Of a stretch of DNA of 64,000 nucleotides, positions 52,110 to 64,000 are shown piece after piece. This DNA comes from Felis catus (taxonomy: Eukaryota): NCBI RefSeq assembly GCF_018350175.1, contig NC_058368.1, forward strand, positions 230,084,001-230,148,000, read 5' to 3'. The position numbers and the translations under genes were made by a program. Below the pieces are notes generated by a model. That model did no database searches, was not told the DNA's origin, and worked only from the letters and a program-made list of their open reading frames with translations. Within the stretch, counting starts at the first letter, position 1, and every line of letters begins with the position of its first letter.

Positions 52110-54045
52110 GATTTTGTAATAACAGCTTTGTTGAGGTTAAGCTCATATGCCATAAAATCCACGCTTTAAAATGTACGTTTCAGTGAGCTTTAGTATATTC
52201 ACACAGTTGTGTAATTATCACCACTAATATTGGAACATTTTCATCAATCTCCAAAGAAATCCTGTACCTGTTCCCTATCACTCCTCATTCTCTTTTCTTC
52301 CCACCCTTGGCACCCACTGACCTGTTTATCTATGTATTTGCCTCTTCTGGACCTTTCATACAAATAGAACATACAATATGTGATCTTTTGTAACTGGCCT
52401 CTTAAGTTAGCATAATGTTTTCCAAGTTGATTTATTTTGTACACATCTGGGCACTTTATTCCTGTTGCTGGCTAAATAATATTCCGTGGTGTGGCTACAC
52501 CACATATTTTTATTCGTTCATGAGTTGATGGCCATTGGGTTTGTTTCCACTTTTTGACTATTATTATTATGAGTAATGCAATTGAACATTCATGTGCAAG
52601 TGTTTATGTGGAGGTGTGCTTTCATTTATCATGGACTAAGCTTAGGAGTGGAATTGTCGGGTCCTGTGGTAACTCTATACTTAATCATTTGAGGAACTGC
52701 AAGCAATTTTTCAAAGTGCGAGCACCATTTCTATAGCAAGCAGCAATGTAGGAGGGTTCCGATTTCTCAACATTCTTGCCGACACTTGTTAGTGTCTATC
52801 TTTTTTATTTGATTTCAGCATTTTAGTAGGTGTGAAGTGGTATCTTATTGTGGTTTTGATTTGCATTTCCTGAATGACTAACAGCGTGGAGAACCTTTTC
52901 ATTTGCGTATTGGCCATTTGTGTATCTTTTCTGTAGAAATGCCTACTCAGATCCTATGTCCAATTTTTAATTGGTTTATCTTCATATTGTTGAGTTGCAA
53001 GTGTTTCCTTCTACTCTGTGGTTTGTTATTTTGCATTCTTAATGGAATCATTTGAGGCACAAATATTTTTAATTTTGGTGAAGTCCAGTTTATTGAATTT
53101 AGTTTTTGTTGCTCATGTGTTTGATGTCATATCTAAGAAACCATTTCCTAGCCCAAGGTAATGAAGATTTATCCCTGCAGTTTCTTCTAAAAGTTATATC
53201 GTTTTAGCTGGCACAGGTAGGTGTATGATTTATTGAGAGCTAATTTTTGTGTGGTGTGAGGTTAGAGGTTCAACTTCGTTCTTTTGCATGTGGCTATCCA
53301 GTTGTCCAAAGGCTCTTATTTTCCATTTATTGACACATCTACCCTTTTATCAGTATGTCATTGTTATGATTACTGCAGCTTTTCAGAAATGTAGAAATTG
53401 GAAAATGTGAATCCTCCACATTTTCTTTTTCATGGCTATTTGACTATTCTGTGTCCTTGCTTTTTCATTGTGAATTTTAGGATCAGCTTATGGATTTCTG
53501 CCAAAAAGAAAAAAAAAACAGCTGAGATTTTGATAGAAATGTGTTATATCTGCCGAGGAATTTTGGGAGTATTGCCATCCTCACAGTATTAAACATTCCA
53601 ATCTGTAAACACGGAGTATCTTTGCATTTATTTATATCTTTTTTGATTTCTTCCAACAATGTTTTTTTCACTTTCAGTTTTGCATTTCTTTTGCTATCTT
53701 CATTTGTAAATATTTTATTTTGTGAAGCTATTATAAGTGGGATTTTGTCCTTAACTTCATTTTCAAATGGTCCATTGCTAGTGTGTAGAAATGCAAATGA
53801 TTTTTTGTATATTAGTCATGTGTCCTGCAACCTTGCTGGACTTGATTATCAGTTCTAAAAGTTGTTTTGCAGATTCTTAGGATTTCCTTCATGCAAGACC
53901 ATATCATCTGTGAACAGCGATAGTCTTGTTTCCTTCCTTTCTCATCTAGATGCCTTTTATTTCTTTCCTTGTCTAATTTCCCTGGCCATGACCTTCATTA
54001 CCATGATGAGTAGAAGCGGCAATAGTGGACATCCTTGTCCATCAT
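52110..54045 (-). mobile_element. L1MB-like element, about 1.9 kb of the 3' portion, antisense
   Basis: aacagctttgttgagg 3' end, gtgtgaagtggtatcttattgtggttttgatttgcatttcc, and remnant ORF2 peptide KTLLEEIKKDINKCKD in ORF 53483..53671(-). Confidence 0.9.
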
Positions 54046-55711
54046 CCCTATTTTTTATTTTAGGGACGATTTAAGATGTGATTACTTATAATGAAATATA
54101 TCGGCGGAGACTCTGAAAATTCAGTTCTCTTGCCCACTTTCTTGTTTAGTAATAATGAGATTATTGTACTTAAAAAGTGAAGTAAATATTTTTGACTTGA
54201 ACTATTAACAAATTTTCTGGAAAGTATACTAAAAGAGTCCGTTATAGATTCTATAACTATTTTACAGCCTTTTAACTGAAAATTTTATCTTTGTTTAGAT
54301 TTTCCATGTAATTAACACATACACTTCTGCTGAAATTCAAACATTGAGTGTTTTTTGAAAGCCTAATGGGGTGCTGTGTTCATAAAAAGACATATTTTGT
54401 AGTGTTGTAAAAATTATGTAATTACGTATTTGTGTTCTGCTTTTATGTCCAGGATTATAAGATCAAAGAAAATCAAAGCTGTGTTATGGTTGTAGAATAT
54501 AGTAGAACTCCACTTAGTTTGTCCCTTGATAATCTTGAAACTTCTTAGCCAGCAACTAAATAACTCCGTATCCTTCTGTGTGCCTACCTAGTGAAGTGGG
54601 GACCCTGCTGGTTAAAATGCATCATAAACTGAATTTCCATCTCAGACTCTTTCTTCCTCTCTCTTCTAATTTTTCGAATCGCGTTACTATGGTTGTGTCA
54701 GCAGAAAGAGGATAGGAGCTTCATGTTGTCTGCAAGGTTTCACGTCATTAACCTTCCGGTGTCACTTTTATTATACGAGGAAAATTAATGGACTAATATT
54801 TGAGGGAAAGCGTTGTAGTGAGAAAAACACACTTTCAGAGCGTGATGGCCGTGATCCTTCTGCACAGAAAAGCAGCCCCCTTTCATTAGGACATTGATGC
54901 TGTGGGTGTGAATTAATGAGATGCACAATTTTGTTTCTATGTTTGTTTCCCTGCTTTTAAGGAAAGTTGACTGATTTCTTTTCATATTCTTATCATATGG
55001 CACAGACATTAGAAAACATTCTTCTCCATACTGCAATGCAAAAAGTATTTGAATGAATTCTGTAGAAATATCATTGCCTGTAATTTTCTGAGGCGTGTGT
55101 GCGTACACATTTGCATCTCATGCGGAAGGAAGGTCAGAGTCTAAGCAAATGGGTACTTTAGAGGTTTGTCTTAATATTTCCTGTGCATATGCCTAAAATG
55201 CCAACTTCTGTGTGTCACTGTCACTGCACATTCATGCAGCGTTGCTTTTTGAGGTCACACTGTGACATTTAAAGATGAGGAAATTTTTGTATTGTAGACA
55301 GTTGAAAGGACACAATAAAATAAGCTTGACAGCTGATCATCCCCAAAATGTGTTATGAAGTTACATAGAGAGAAGACGATTTTTAAGTATTTGTATTGTA
55401 TTCATACTCTTAAACATGTTAGTAACTCAAAATCCCTCACGTGACTACAGCCAGCTGTCTGGGAGAGAACATAGCTAACTTCTTTCCAGAAAAAGATATA
55501 TTTATGCGACATCATTTTTAAAGGCTGAATTATCTTGCATGGATAGCCATGTGGTAGGCTATATTTCAAGTCTTTTCAAATATATCAATCAAAACTGTTG
55601 CAGTTAAATACTCTTTCATTCCTCAAGTTATTTCTTCATTATCAGTACATGGCAAATGGAATTACTGGGTCAACATGTTTGTTTAGTACGTTTTATACCT
55701 AGACATACTTT

Positions 55712-55925
55712 CTTTTTTTTTTTAAGTTTATTTATTTATTTTTGAGAGAGAGACAGAGTGAGCAGGGAAGGGGCAGAGTGGGAGGGGAAGAGAGAGAATC
55801 CCAAGCAGGCTCTGCACTGTCAGCACAGAGCCTGACGTAGGGCTCGAACTCACAAACCGTGAGGTCATGACCTGAGCCAAAACCAAGAGTCAGACGCTTA
55901 ACCTACTGAGCCACGCAGGTGCCTC
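55712..55925 (-). mobile_element. CanSINE
   Basis: T tract, GA-rich body, ends actgagccacgcaggtgcctc. Confidence 0.92.
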
Positions 55926-58900
55926 AAGACTTTCTATTGTCTTACCATTTATTTGTGAATACATCTCTCCCCTTTTTAGATTATTGAGTTATGTGTCTCA
56001 GGACCAGGCCAAATAGTACGGCCTTAATAAGTGTCTGTCCAATGAATGCTTCAAATTAGGCACATTCAGAAATGAAGATGTGCCCGAAAAGATTTTAAAA
56101 ACTATAGAACTGAGCTGCTGAAAGATCAAAGTCAAAAAGATGTTTGCCTATTTGATGCTCTTCAATTACACATTTTTACCGATCTGCTATATTTTCTCTA
56201 ATAGAGATGATGTCTGGTTTAATTGTGAAAATTATCGTTGTTGAAGTGAAATGGTCAGATGCAGAAAAGTTGAGCGCAGTTAAGTACCTTCGCCAGGAAC
56301 ACAAGGATGTAGGCAAATGCTAATCCTTTCTGTATCACACCGATGGAACATCATGCAACCTATCTTCCGAAATAGATGTGAGAAGATTCAGAAATAGCGG
56401 ACACGGCCCCTGTTGTCAAGGATTTCAGTTTGTTATTGGTTGGGACTAGTTTGTAGAACATACATGGTGACAGGCCATGAATTCAGCTGTGTGTGTTCAG
56501 GTGCCTGGATCCTTACAGAGAGAAAGAGAAAAGAAGGAGAGAGCATTTTTGTGGACTGTTCAGACCTGCAGCTGCGGAAGGGAGGAGGTGGGTCAAGCAC
56601 ACAGCGGGAGCGTAATCTAGTGCACTAGATTCTCCTGACACGGGTTTGCACGTGTCCTGTCTGCCCACCCGTGGATGCATCGCGGTCGGGGTTCCTGTGT
56701 AGACCAGCAGCTTTGTGAAGAAAAGCAGCCATGAAAATGAAGTGGACCATGCTTAGAAGTGCATGAGTTAGTGCAGCCTTCAGAGGGATCTGGAAAGAAG
56801 TATGCACGAGTTTTGTGGTGCAGCGAAGGCATGAAGTCAATAAGGCAAAGACTTGGGAGCTATATGAAAAGACTAGCTTTTTGCACTTGAGAGAACATGT
56901 GGTTTGGGAAGCGTATCTCATTTTTTCTTCTGCTGCTTTGGGCGAAAGCCAGCGTTGTTAATGAGCTGAACGCCCCTGTCGTCTCACACGTTCTCGTCAT
57001 CCTGCTGCCAGAAGAAACCAAGGACTGGAAGAGACTTGTACTCCATCCCCCTGGGCCTTCTGTAGATTAGCTAGTGGTCACTTTCCATGCCAATACCGTT
57101 AACCCAGATGCGGGATATGAGGGTGATGAAAGGCAAAGAAGGGCCATGCACCACAGCAGTAACACTGAATCTTGAAGCATGAGTGAAGTGTGTCACATAC
57201 AGAAAGGAAGTGACTCCAAGTCCCTGTGATACTGACGCAAACGCTTGAAAGGCAGGGTGTCTAGAGGTAGAGATGCATGGGAATTTACGCTGGTGAATTA
57301 ATGGCAGCCAAGGCCCAAAGACACTCCTTTCACCTGTACTCTTTGGGAGAGTGATAGCAGAATTGTAGATTTGTAAAAAAATAATAAAGGAGATACTAAC
57401 TGCGTATATTTATTTGATTTAGGGAAATAATTCCAGCTGACATATGTAAGGACAGATTACAGAGAAGCAGAGCTAATATAACTCACAGGGTCCAATTCAC
57501 AATGAAAATGTGGTTCCTGTTGTTAAAAAATTATTAAGACTTTTCAGATGGCAACAGCAGAGCATTAAACCAAGCGTAGGATTCTTCTAGGTGCAGTATC
57601 CTATGCAACTGCGTGGGTCATGGGCCCTTGAAGCCAGCCTTGGCTGGGGAATAAGTGAGAGGTGAGAGAAACCCAGGATACTTCTGTGTTTAGGTTTGAA
57701 TGTAGGAAGGTGGCATTGTCCCATTAAAAGAGAGTTGAATTCAGGAAGAAAATTTGCTTCGTGGGGATGTAAACTATATTTGCCTTGACGATTTTGAGCT
57801 GACTTCAGGAACATTCCTTGGTAATGTCCAGGGGCATTCAGAAGTGGGAGTCTGGAGCTCAGAAGTGAGATAAAAATTTTAAAATAAAGACCTGAGCGTT
57901 AGCCATTCAGAAGTGATCCCTGATACCCTCATGAAAATGAGGGACCAAGAATACATTGTGACCAAGGGCAGAAGCTCATGGGACACCGGAGGTCAAAATG
58001 GGGGGAAACGGGGGAGGATTGTTTGAGATGTCTTTTTTTTCCCCAGTATTCCAGCCTCAAGCTCACTTCTTAGTATGTAAGGGGGAAATCAATGGACAGG
58101 AGAAAAATGAAAGCTGAAATAATTCTTTGGGTCAAGATTCAGGTGTCCACTGCATTTCTAGAAATTAGATGATCCGTCCATTAAATGCCCCCAAATGGGC
58201 TTGTTCATCACCCCCTAAATTTGGAGGAAATTTAATTAAATGGGAAATCCTTGAAGCTGGGATTCTATCTTGCTCTGCACTCACATCCCTCACTCAACCT
58301 TTGCCAGCCTACACTTCCTCCTAAGACGACTTTCCTCTAATCTTCTCCCCAGACGTGGCTCTGGCTCAATTATTCTAATTTCCTGACACATCCTGGGTTA
58401 AAACTTTGGTTTTGATCTTTGCCTACTACAGATAGAAACCAAATAGAATGATATGTCTGTGACTCATTAAATGTTAGATATTTTTTTCTTAAGAAAGTGA
58501 AATGACCTTTAACATTTTCTGAGAAAACATGACAGAAAAGCTGAGAGTAATGACTCCTTTAAAGCATCACTCCAATCAGCTCTCAGCAAGACAACGTGAA
58601 ATGCCACAGGGCTTTCACGGTGCAAGGCCTTATTATCATAAAGTTCAGATTCTTGGACATAGCACCACATTATCAAAGTTTCCTGTGTTCTCATGTAGAG
58701 ACTCTGCTACGTGTTCCTCTTTCATGATATGATGATGAAAGCTGGAGACAGAATTTCTATTCAAATGCATTTTAATGTGAGTCTATTTACTGTTTCATTC
58801 CTTTGAATTCTGTTTCTTACACAGCTCTTAATGCCTGTCACGAGTGTGTACAATATAGAGAGTCCTAGTAATAATTAATGAAAGGAAAGTACAAATGAAG

Positions 58901-59029
58901 GTTATCCAATTACATAAACACAACCACAAGTAAAGTTGTCATAACCGATATCGAAACAAATACCGTTCATCTCTTAGAACAGTGATTTAGACTAGTGCTT
59001 TGTAAAGTCATGATCATAGGAACCGAGGA

Positions 59030-59140
59030 TCTTGCTATATGCAGATCCGGACTGACTGGTTTAGGGATGGAACCTGAGATTCAGCATTTTTAACAAGCTC
59101 TTTGGTGATTCCGGTGTTTGCATCAAAGACTGCACTGAAG
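59030..59140. mobile_element. MER5-like fragment
   Basis: ggatggaacctgagattcagcatttttaacaagctc...ggtgattc. Confidence 0.55.
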
Positions 59141-59473
59141 TAGCAAAGATTCCAGTCTTAAGGCAAAATGCAGGACTTTTTTTTTTTTTAATTCTCTTTT
59201 GTGTAACTTGTGAAGCTTTGATTCTGTTCCTAAAAATTACAATAAGCATTTCTGCTTTGGTAGGAAGGGGAATCCTCTCTAGAGAAGGTGAAAAATGTAA
59301 ACACTCCCCAGTAATGCCTCTTTGGAAGGATAGCTGTGTCTCTGCTAAAATTTAAATGGGTCTTTGCCGAAACAGGTGTGAAGGGATTATTAGATCTACT
59401 TTGATTTTTCCTGCTTCAGAGATTCTATATGTGTTGTACATTAAAAAAAAAATAAACAGAACACTGATTTCTT

Positions 59474-59695
59474 TTCTAATTTTTTTTTTTTACATTTATT
59501 TATTTTTGAGAGACAGAGACAGACAGAGCACAAGCAGGGGAGGGGCAGAGAGAGAGGGAGACACAGAATCCAAAACAGGCTCCAGGCTCGGAGCTGTCAG
59601 CACAGAGCCCCACACGGGGCTCAAACCCAGGAACCGTGAGATCATGACCTGAGCTGAAGTCGGACGCCTAACCGACTGAGCCACCGAGATGCCCC
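59474..59695 (-). mobile_element. CanSINE (SINEC_Fc-type)
   Basis: TSD aga(a/g)cactgatttctt at 59458-59473 and 59696-59711. Confidence 0.95.
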
Positions 59696-59712
59696 AGAGC
59701 ACTGATTTCTTA

Positions 59713-60035
59713 TGTTAGAAAATAAAGTGAGGCTTATTAAAAATTAAGTGTTTATTTGAGCAAAAATCCATTCAAATAGGGCAGCACAAAACCAGAAGTG
59801 GTTAGTAAGTAACACTCCTCTGACGGGAACCAGTGGAAAATTAAGGGGGAAAAAGGATATTATTGCTTGGCTGTAGCTTAAAGCCTGGGTGGCCATTTGT
59901 GATTGGTTGTCCCTAGCGTTTTGATTTCATAATCTTGAGGCATTTACCGGCTTAGGTTTTGGTTGGCTTTATATAAGCCACTGTGGCATTCAAGCCACCT
60001 CAGTCTAATGACCTCCTTGCTTCATTAATTTAACA
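59713..60035 (-). mobile_element. Solo LTR, ERV1-class, 323 bp
   Basis: TGTTA...TAACA termini, perfect 4-bp TSD CTTA (59709-59712 and 60036-60039), with CCAAT and AATAAA on the minus strand. Confidence 0.8.
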
Positions 60036-60602
60036 CTTACTTACTTACCTTTTGTTTTATTTGGATATCTTTGCAGTTCCTTTTCTCTACTGCTCAATTT
60101 CTGCACCCTGTAATTATAAATATCCTCTTGCTTTCAAGCTCCTCTTACACGATTCATTCTTTAACCCTCACACTTTTCTTCCTTTTTTCCATTATTTACT
60201 TTCTTTTCTTTCTTTTCCCCAAAGTCAAATCTTAGATGGGAGAAACAGGGAAAAAATAAAGCTGTTTTGAGCTAGATAAATGTTATAAAATATCCTATGG
60301 GATGGCTTTTTAAATAGTTTTGTTGTTGTGTTTTTTTTTATAGTTCCACAATGTGTGTAATTTCTGGCATCCTCTGTCTGTTTTATAAGCACCTTTTATA
60401 AGTCTAAATGCCTGTATTTACAGAGAATTGTTCCCTTTAGCCAATAAAACTCAAATCTGTTCACCGATGCAATGCCTTAGGGAAACCAACTGCATTCTGG
60501 CCTTTTGGAGTTACTGGAAATGTGGTCTTTCTTATTAACACTTAGTTACTTGATCTCCATAGTACTCTTTTGTGTTTTAAATCAGCCAATTGGTTGTTGT
60601 CC

Positions 60603-60819
60603 TTTTTTTAACTTTTTAAAAATGTTTATTTATTTTGAGAGAGAGCACAAGCTGGTGGGGAGGGGAGGGAAAAAGAGAGAGGGAGAGAGAGAATCCCAAG
60701 CAGGCTCCACACTGTTAGCTTAGAACCCCATGCAGGGCTCAAACCCACGAACCATGAGATCATGATCTGAGCCAAAATCACGAGTCATACGCTTAATCGA
60801 TGAGCCATCCAGGCACCCC
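60603..60819 (-). mobile_element. CanSINE
   Basis: atgtttatttattttgagag...tgagccatccaggcacccc. Confidence 0.92.
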
Positions 60820-61023
60820 AGTTTTTGGCTTTAAAAGAAGTCAAAGGTATCAAAAAGTTACCTGTGTCAAAGGCCAAGGCCAATCATGTTAATGTCATGT
60901 TAAAGTCACCCCCAAGAATGGTATTTCTGGTGATTCTCTTCAAATCTAATAACATTACCTGTTCTGTAGTTTTGATTACCAGTTGGAAACTGTGCTGCAT
61001 CCTGGGGAAATTTTTTGTGTACA

Positions 61024-61024
61024 T

Positions 61025-61055
<31 letters not shown>

Positions 61056-61064
61056 TTCATTCAT
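61024..61064. repeat. (TTTA)n microsatellite
   Basis: Direct reading. Confidence 0.9.
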
Positions 61065-62216
61065 TTTTGTAACACAGTGTTTTTTGTTTTTTTTTTCTGT
61101 ATGAACATGAAAACTTTTTCAAAGTGCAACGTAAAAGACATTATTTCACTTGACCATGTGTTGATATATGGTGTTTGGGGCCATGTTAAAGAAAACCAGT
61201 GTTTTCCTCTGCATTGTCATAGCAGAAGCAGGAGGGAAACACCTTCCTTTCCGGCTGTCTATCTATAGTTTCAACCTGAAATCCCAGGAACATGGGGATT
61301 GTTTGCTTACCAGACCATCAACAGAAGTGCAAGGAAAAAAGTCAGAGCCTAAAGCTTTGCATTTAAACGCATATGTGGAAGAGAGAACCTTAACTACAAA
61401 ACAGATGCCTAGTTTTGTCCCTAAGAAAAGAAAATGTTCACAAGCATAGTTTTTCTGGTCACAGAATCCAGCTGTTTCCAATGGCTGAATTATTTCCCTA
61501 GAATAACTCCTCAGAGATAGCAGAATATTATTTCATATACTTAAAATAATCCTAAATCCTGACAGCCATGATATAAAATCGAGTACCTCAAGACAAAACG
61601 ATAGAGAAAAGAGTGTCACCGTCCTCAGTAGCTACTCCCGACAGAGTGCAATTCCACTGTGTCATTTGTCCAAAGTGTCCAGGCGTAAGACTTAACCTCT
61701 CCTTGCTTGCTGGAGGTCAGCCCGCTCAGTGACCCTCGTGCTCCTGAGAATTGCACCTGGGACCTCCATGCCTGGGCTGTGGAATGTGTCCTCCAGTGCT
61801 GGTCCTTAGACTCCTCTTGGCCCCAGGCCTCTGTTGCTGCTGAAATGCCCAAGAGTGTGCCATCCGGGCAACTCCATGTTGTGGGCAGAACCCCTGCTCT
61901 CAAGCTCACGCAGCACTGATGGTTGTCAAGTCTTAGGAAACCCCATGAGGAAAGGGTGTAGGGCTGCTCTCAGACCAGGCTTCTCGGCAGCCTCATAGGG
62001 TGGGGGAGGGCGGAATGCACCATGTGCCGCTTTGCCACACCCCTGAACCCATGTGGCACTGCCCTTGTGCCAACAAGGAAGGAGGAATCCCTTCCCCACT
62101 CAAAAACTCAGTTCCTTTTCTGCCTGTGGTGGATGGAGGTAGGACATTCACTTCTTTGAGTGAATCCCCAGCCTACTCTACAAGGTACACTCTGGACCCT
62201 GTAGCCTGAAGGAGAG

Positions 62217-62582
62217 TGTCTCAGTCCATTTGGGGCTGCTTCAGCAAAGCCACACAGTCTGTGTAACTTATCCAAAACAGAGATTCATTTCTCACAGTTC
62301 TGAAGGCTCAGAGTCCAAGAGCAGAGAGCCATCATGGTTGGGTTTTGGTGAGAGACCTCTTCCTGCTTCTTAGCTGGCCAACTTCTTGTTTCATTTGCAT
62401 GGCAAAGAGAGGGGGAATGAGCACCCCGGGGTCTCTTTATAAGAGACCTAATCCCGTTTAGGATGGCTCCACCCTCATGGTTTAATTCACCTCTCAAAGG
62501 CCCCACCTCCTACTACCATCACCCTGGGGATTGAGATTTCAACATATGAATCTGGGAGAGACATAAATATCCAGTCCTTGCA
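62217..62582 (-). mobile_element. MaLR solo LTR (MLT1A-like)
   Basis: tgtctcagtccatttggggctgct...catttctcacagttctgaaggc...gatttcaacatatgaatctggg...ccagtccttgca. Confidence 0.9.
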
Positions 62583-64000
62583 AAGACCATCGCAATACAC
62601 AGAAGTATTTTTTCCATTTGGCTTATTTTTGGCTTAACCTCATGAAGCTCCTACCATCTAATGTAGGTTATGTGGACCAAACTCAGTCCAATTTCTAGCC
62701 ATCGTTTAATTAGAGTTCAGGAGAGGGCCAGGCCACCCCTGGTACCTAATCACTGCCTACCCCAACCCAGATTTTTTGAGAACTGTTCAGAGCAATTGTG
62801 GACATCTCTTAAACACAGGCATAGAACACTTTCATCCTCTGCATAGGCATCATCCAACTAAAAACACATCCAATTCATTTTACTACACAACATTTAAAGT
62901 CTTGGGCTGGAGCACCTGCAGAGTTCCTACCTGCCTACCACCTGCATGACTGAAAGGGCTCCCCGCGGTGATGTCCCCTTCAAAACGGGACACCCACCAC
63001 AAGGTCAGATTCCATGTGTCAGTCAGTATAAAATGCAGGACCCACTTAAGACAGTGCCCTCTTAGGTTCACATATTTGGAGACCCTTTCCCCAGCAGAAC
63101 CCCCGTGATGATCAGCTCGGGAGATTAGTCAGTCACAGAAGGAAAATGTCTGCAATTTCCAAAGGTGTTCCATGTGTGTCACTACATGAATCAGATGTTT
63201 GGGGGTTCTGGAACAATTGCCAGGGTACAAAATAAGCAGCTCTATTCCAGCTCGAAATGCAGCTGTTTAGATGGAATCAAGCTCTTCATTTTTCAGGTAG
63301 TCGTTCCACAAACATTGGAGTGCTGACGAGTCTGTGCTGGGATTTTAATAACAGGAAAAGATAATGCGTAATGAGGTGAAGAATATTGAAATAATGGTGT
63401 GCAACAAAGCATAGTGAGAGGAGCAGGAGGGTAGGAGAGTAGGAGAGCAGGAGGGTAGGGAGATGGCTTTAAAAGACTGTTGTGTGAAGTGAGTGTTGCA
63501 AAGTCACATTTCTCTGGCAGCACTAAGCAGACTTGATGGTATGTTGGTATCCAGAAAGAGAATGACTAGACATGGAGAGTCTACACGAAACACATATGTG
63601 TGTATCCATCTACTTTCATCGTGTTGAATGTTTTCTGAACCCTAGACACAAATGATAGACCCTTCTTCTGCAAGGATCTCTTTTTAATGAGACTTTTGAC
63701 ACCACTTTTCTTCATGGCTTTTGGTAAACAAATAATCTGAGCATTGCTTTTTTTTTTTCCTTTTTTTCTTTTTTCTTCTCAGAGTGGCTTTCTAACCTGA
63801 TTGTCCTTGGTTGTATATGAAAGGGACACTGTTCCCAAACACCAGGCTATTGATTTTCTCACCAGAGACTTCTATCAGGTTAACAGACTCCAGGCATCTG
63901 TTAGGGAAAGAATACCAAGTTCTGGGAGAGAATTTGGTCTCTGGAAACTTAGTCTGACGTAGTTTGCTTGTTCTGTGAATGTGGAGGCAAAAGCGGCTAC

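Noticed and set aside
53398..54074. Cluster of overlapping ORFs
   Set aside because: Lies within a decayed antisense L1; fragmentary ORF2 remnants only.

Overview
AT-rich, repeat-rich mammalian genomic DNA from a cat-family animal, judged from about 27 carnivore tRNA-derived SINEs of the felid SINEC_Fc type. The window lies inside the large neuronal gene CTNND2 (delta-catenin), transcribed on the + strand. Only one coding exon is visible: 8369-8481 (113 nt, [37 protein letters not shown]+AG), which I identify from memory as exon 3, in the N-terminal coiled coil. The rest is intron: SINEs, L1/L2/MIR relics, MaLR/ERVL/ERV1 solo LTRs, MER5 and MADE2 DNA-transposon relics, and microsatellites. 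Every other ORF in the track is best explained as repeat-derived or chance. I found no convincing new multi-gene system. The best leads are: loss of both in-frame Met codons that human has at the end of this exon; an approximately 630-bp (CCAT)n array apparently grown from an L2 tail; a very young, probably polymorphic SINE; three sites hit twice by SINEs; two close inverted SINE pairs; a solo LTR with a perfect 4-bp TSD; and hairpins, including a GNRA-capped stem and a MADE2 MITE. Repeat subfamily names come from recalled consensus motifs, not from a search, and the boundaries of old repeats are approximate.
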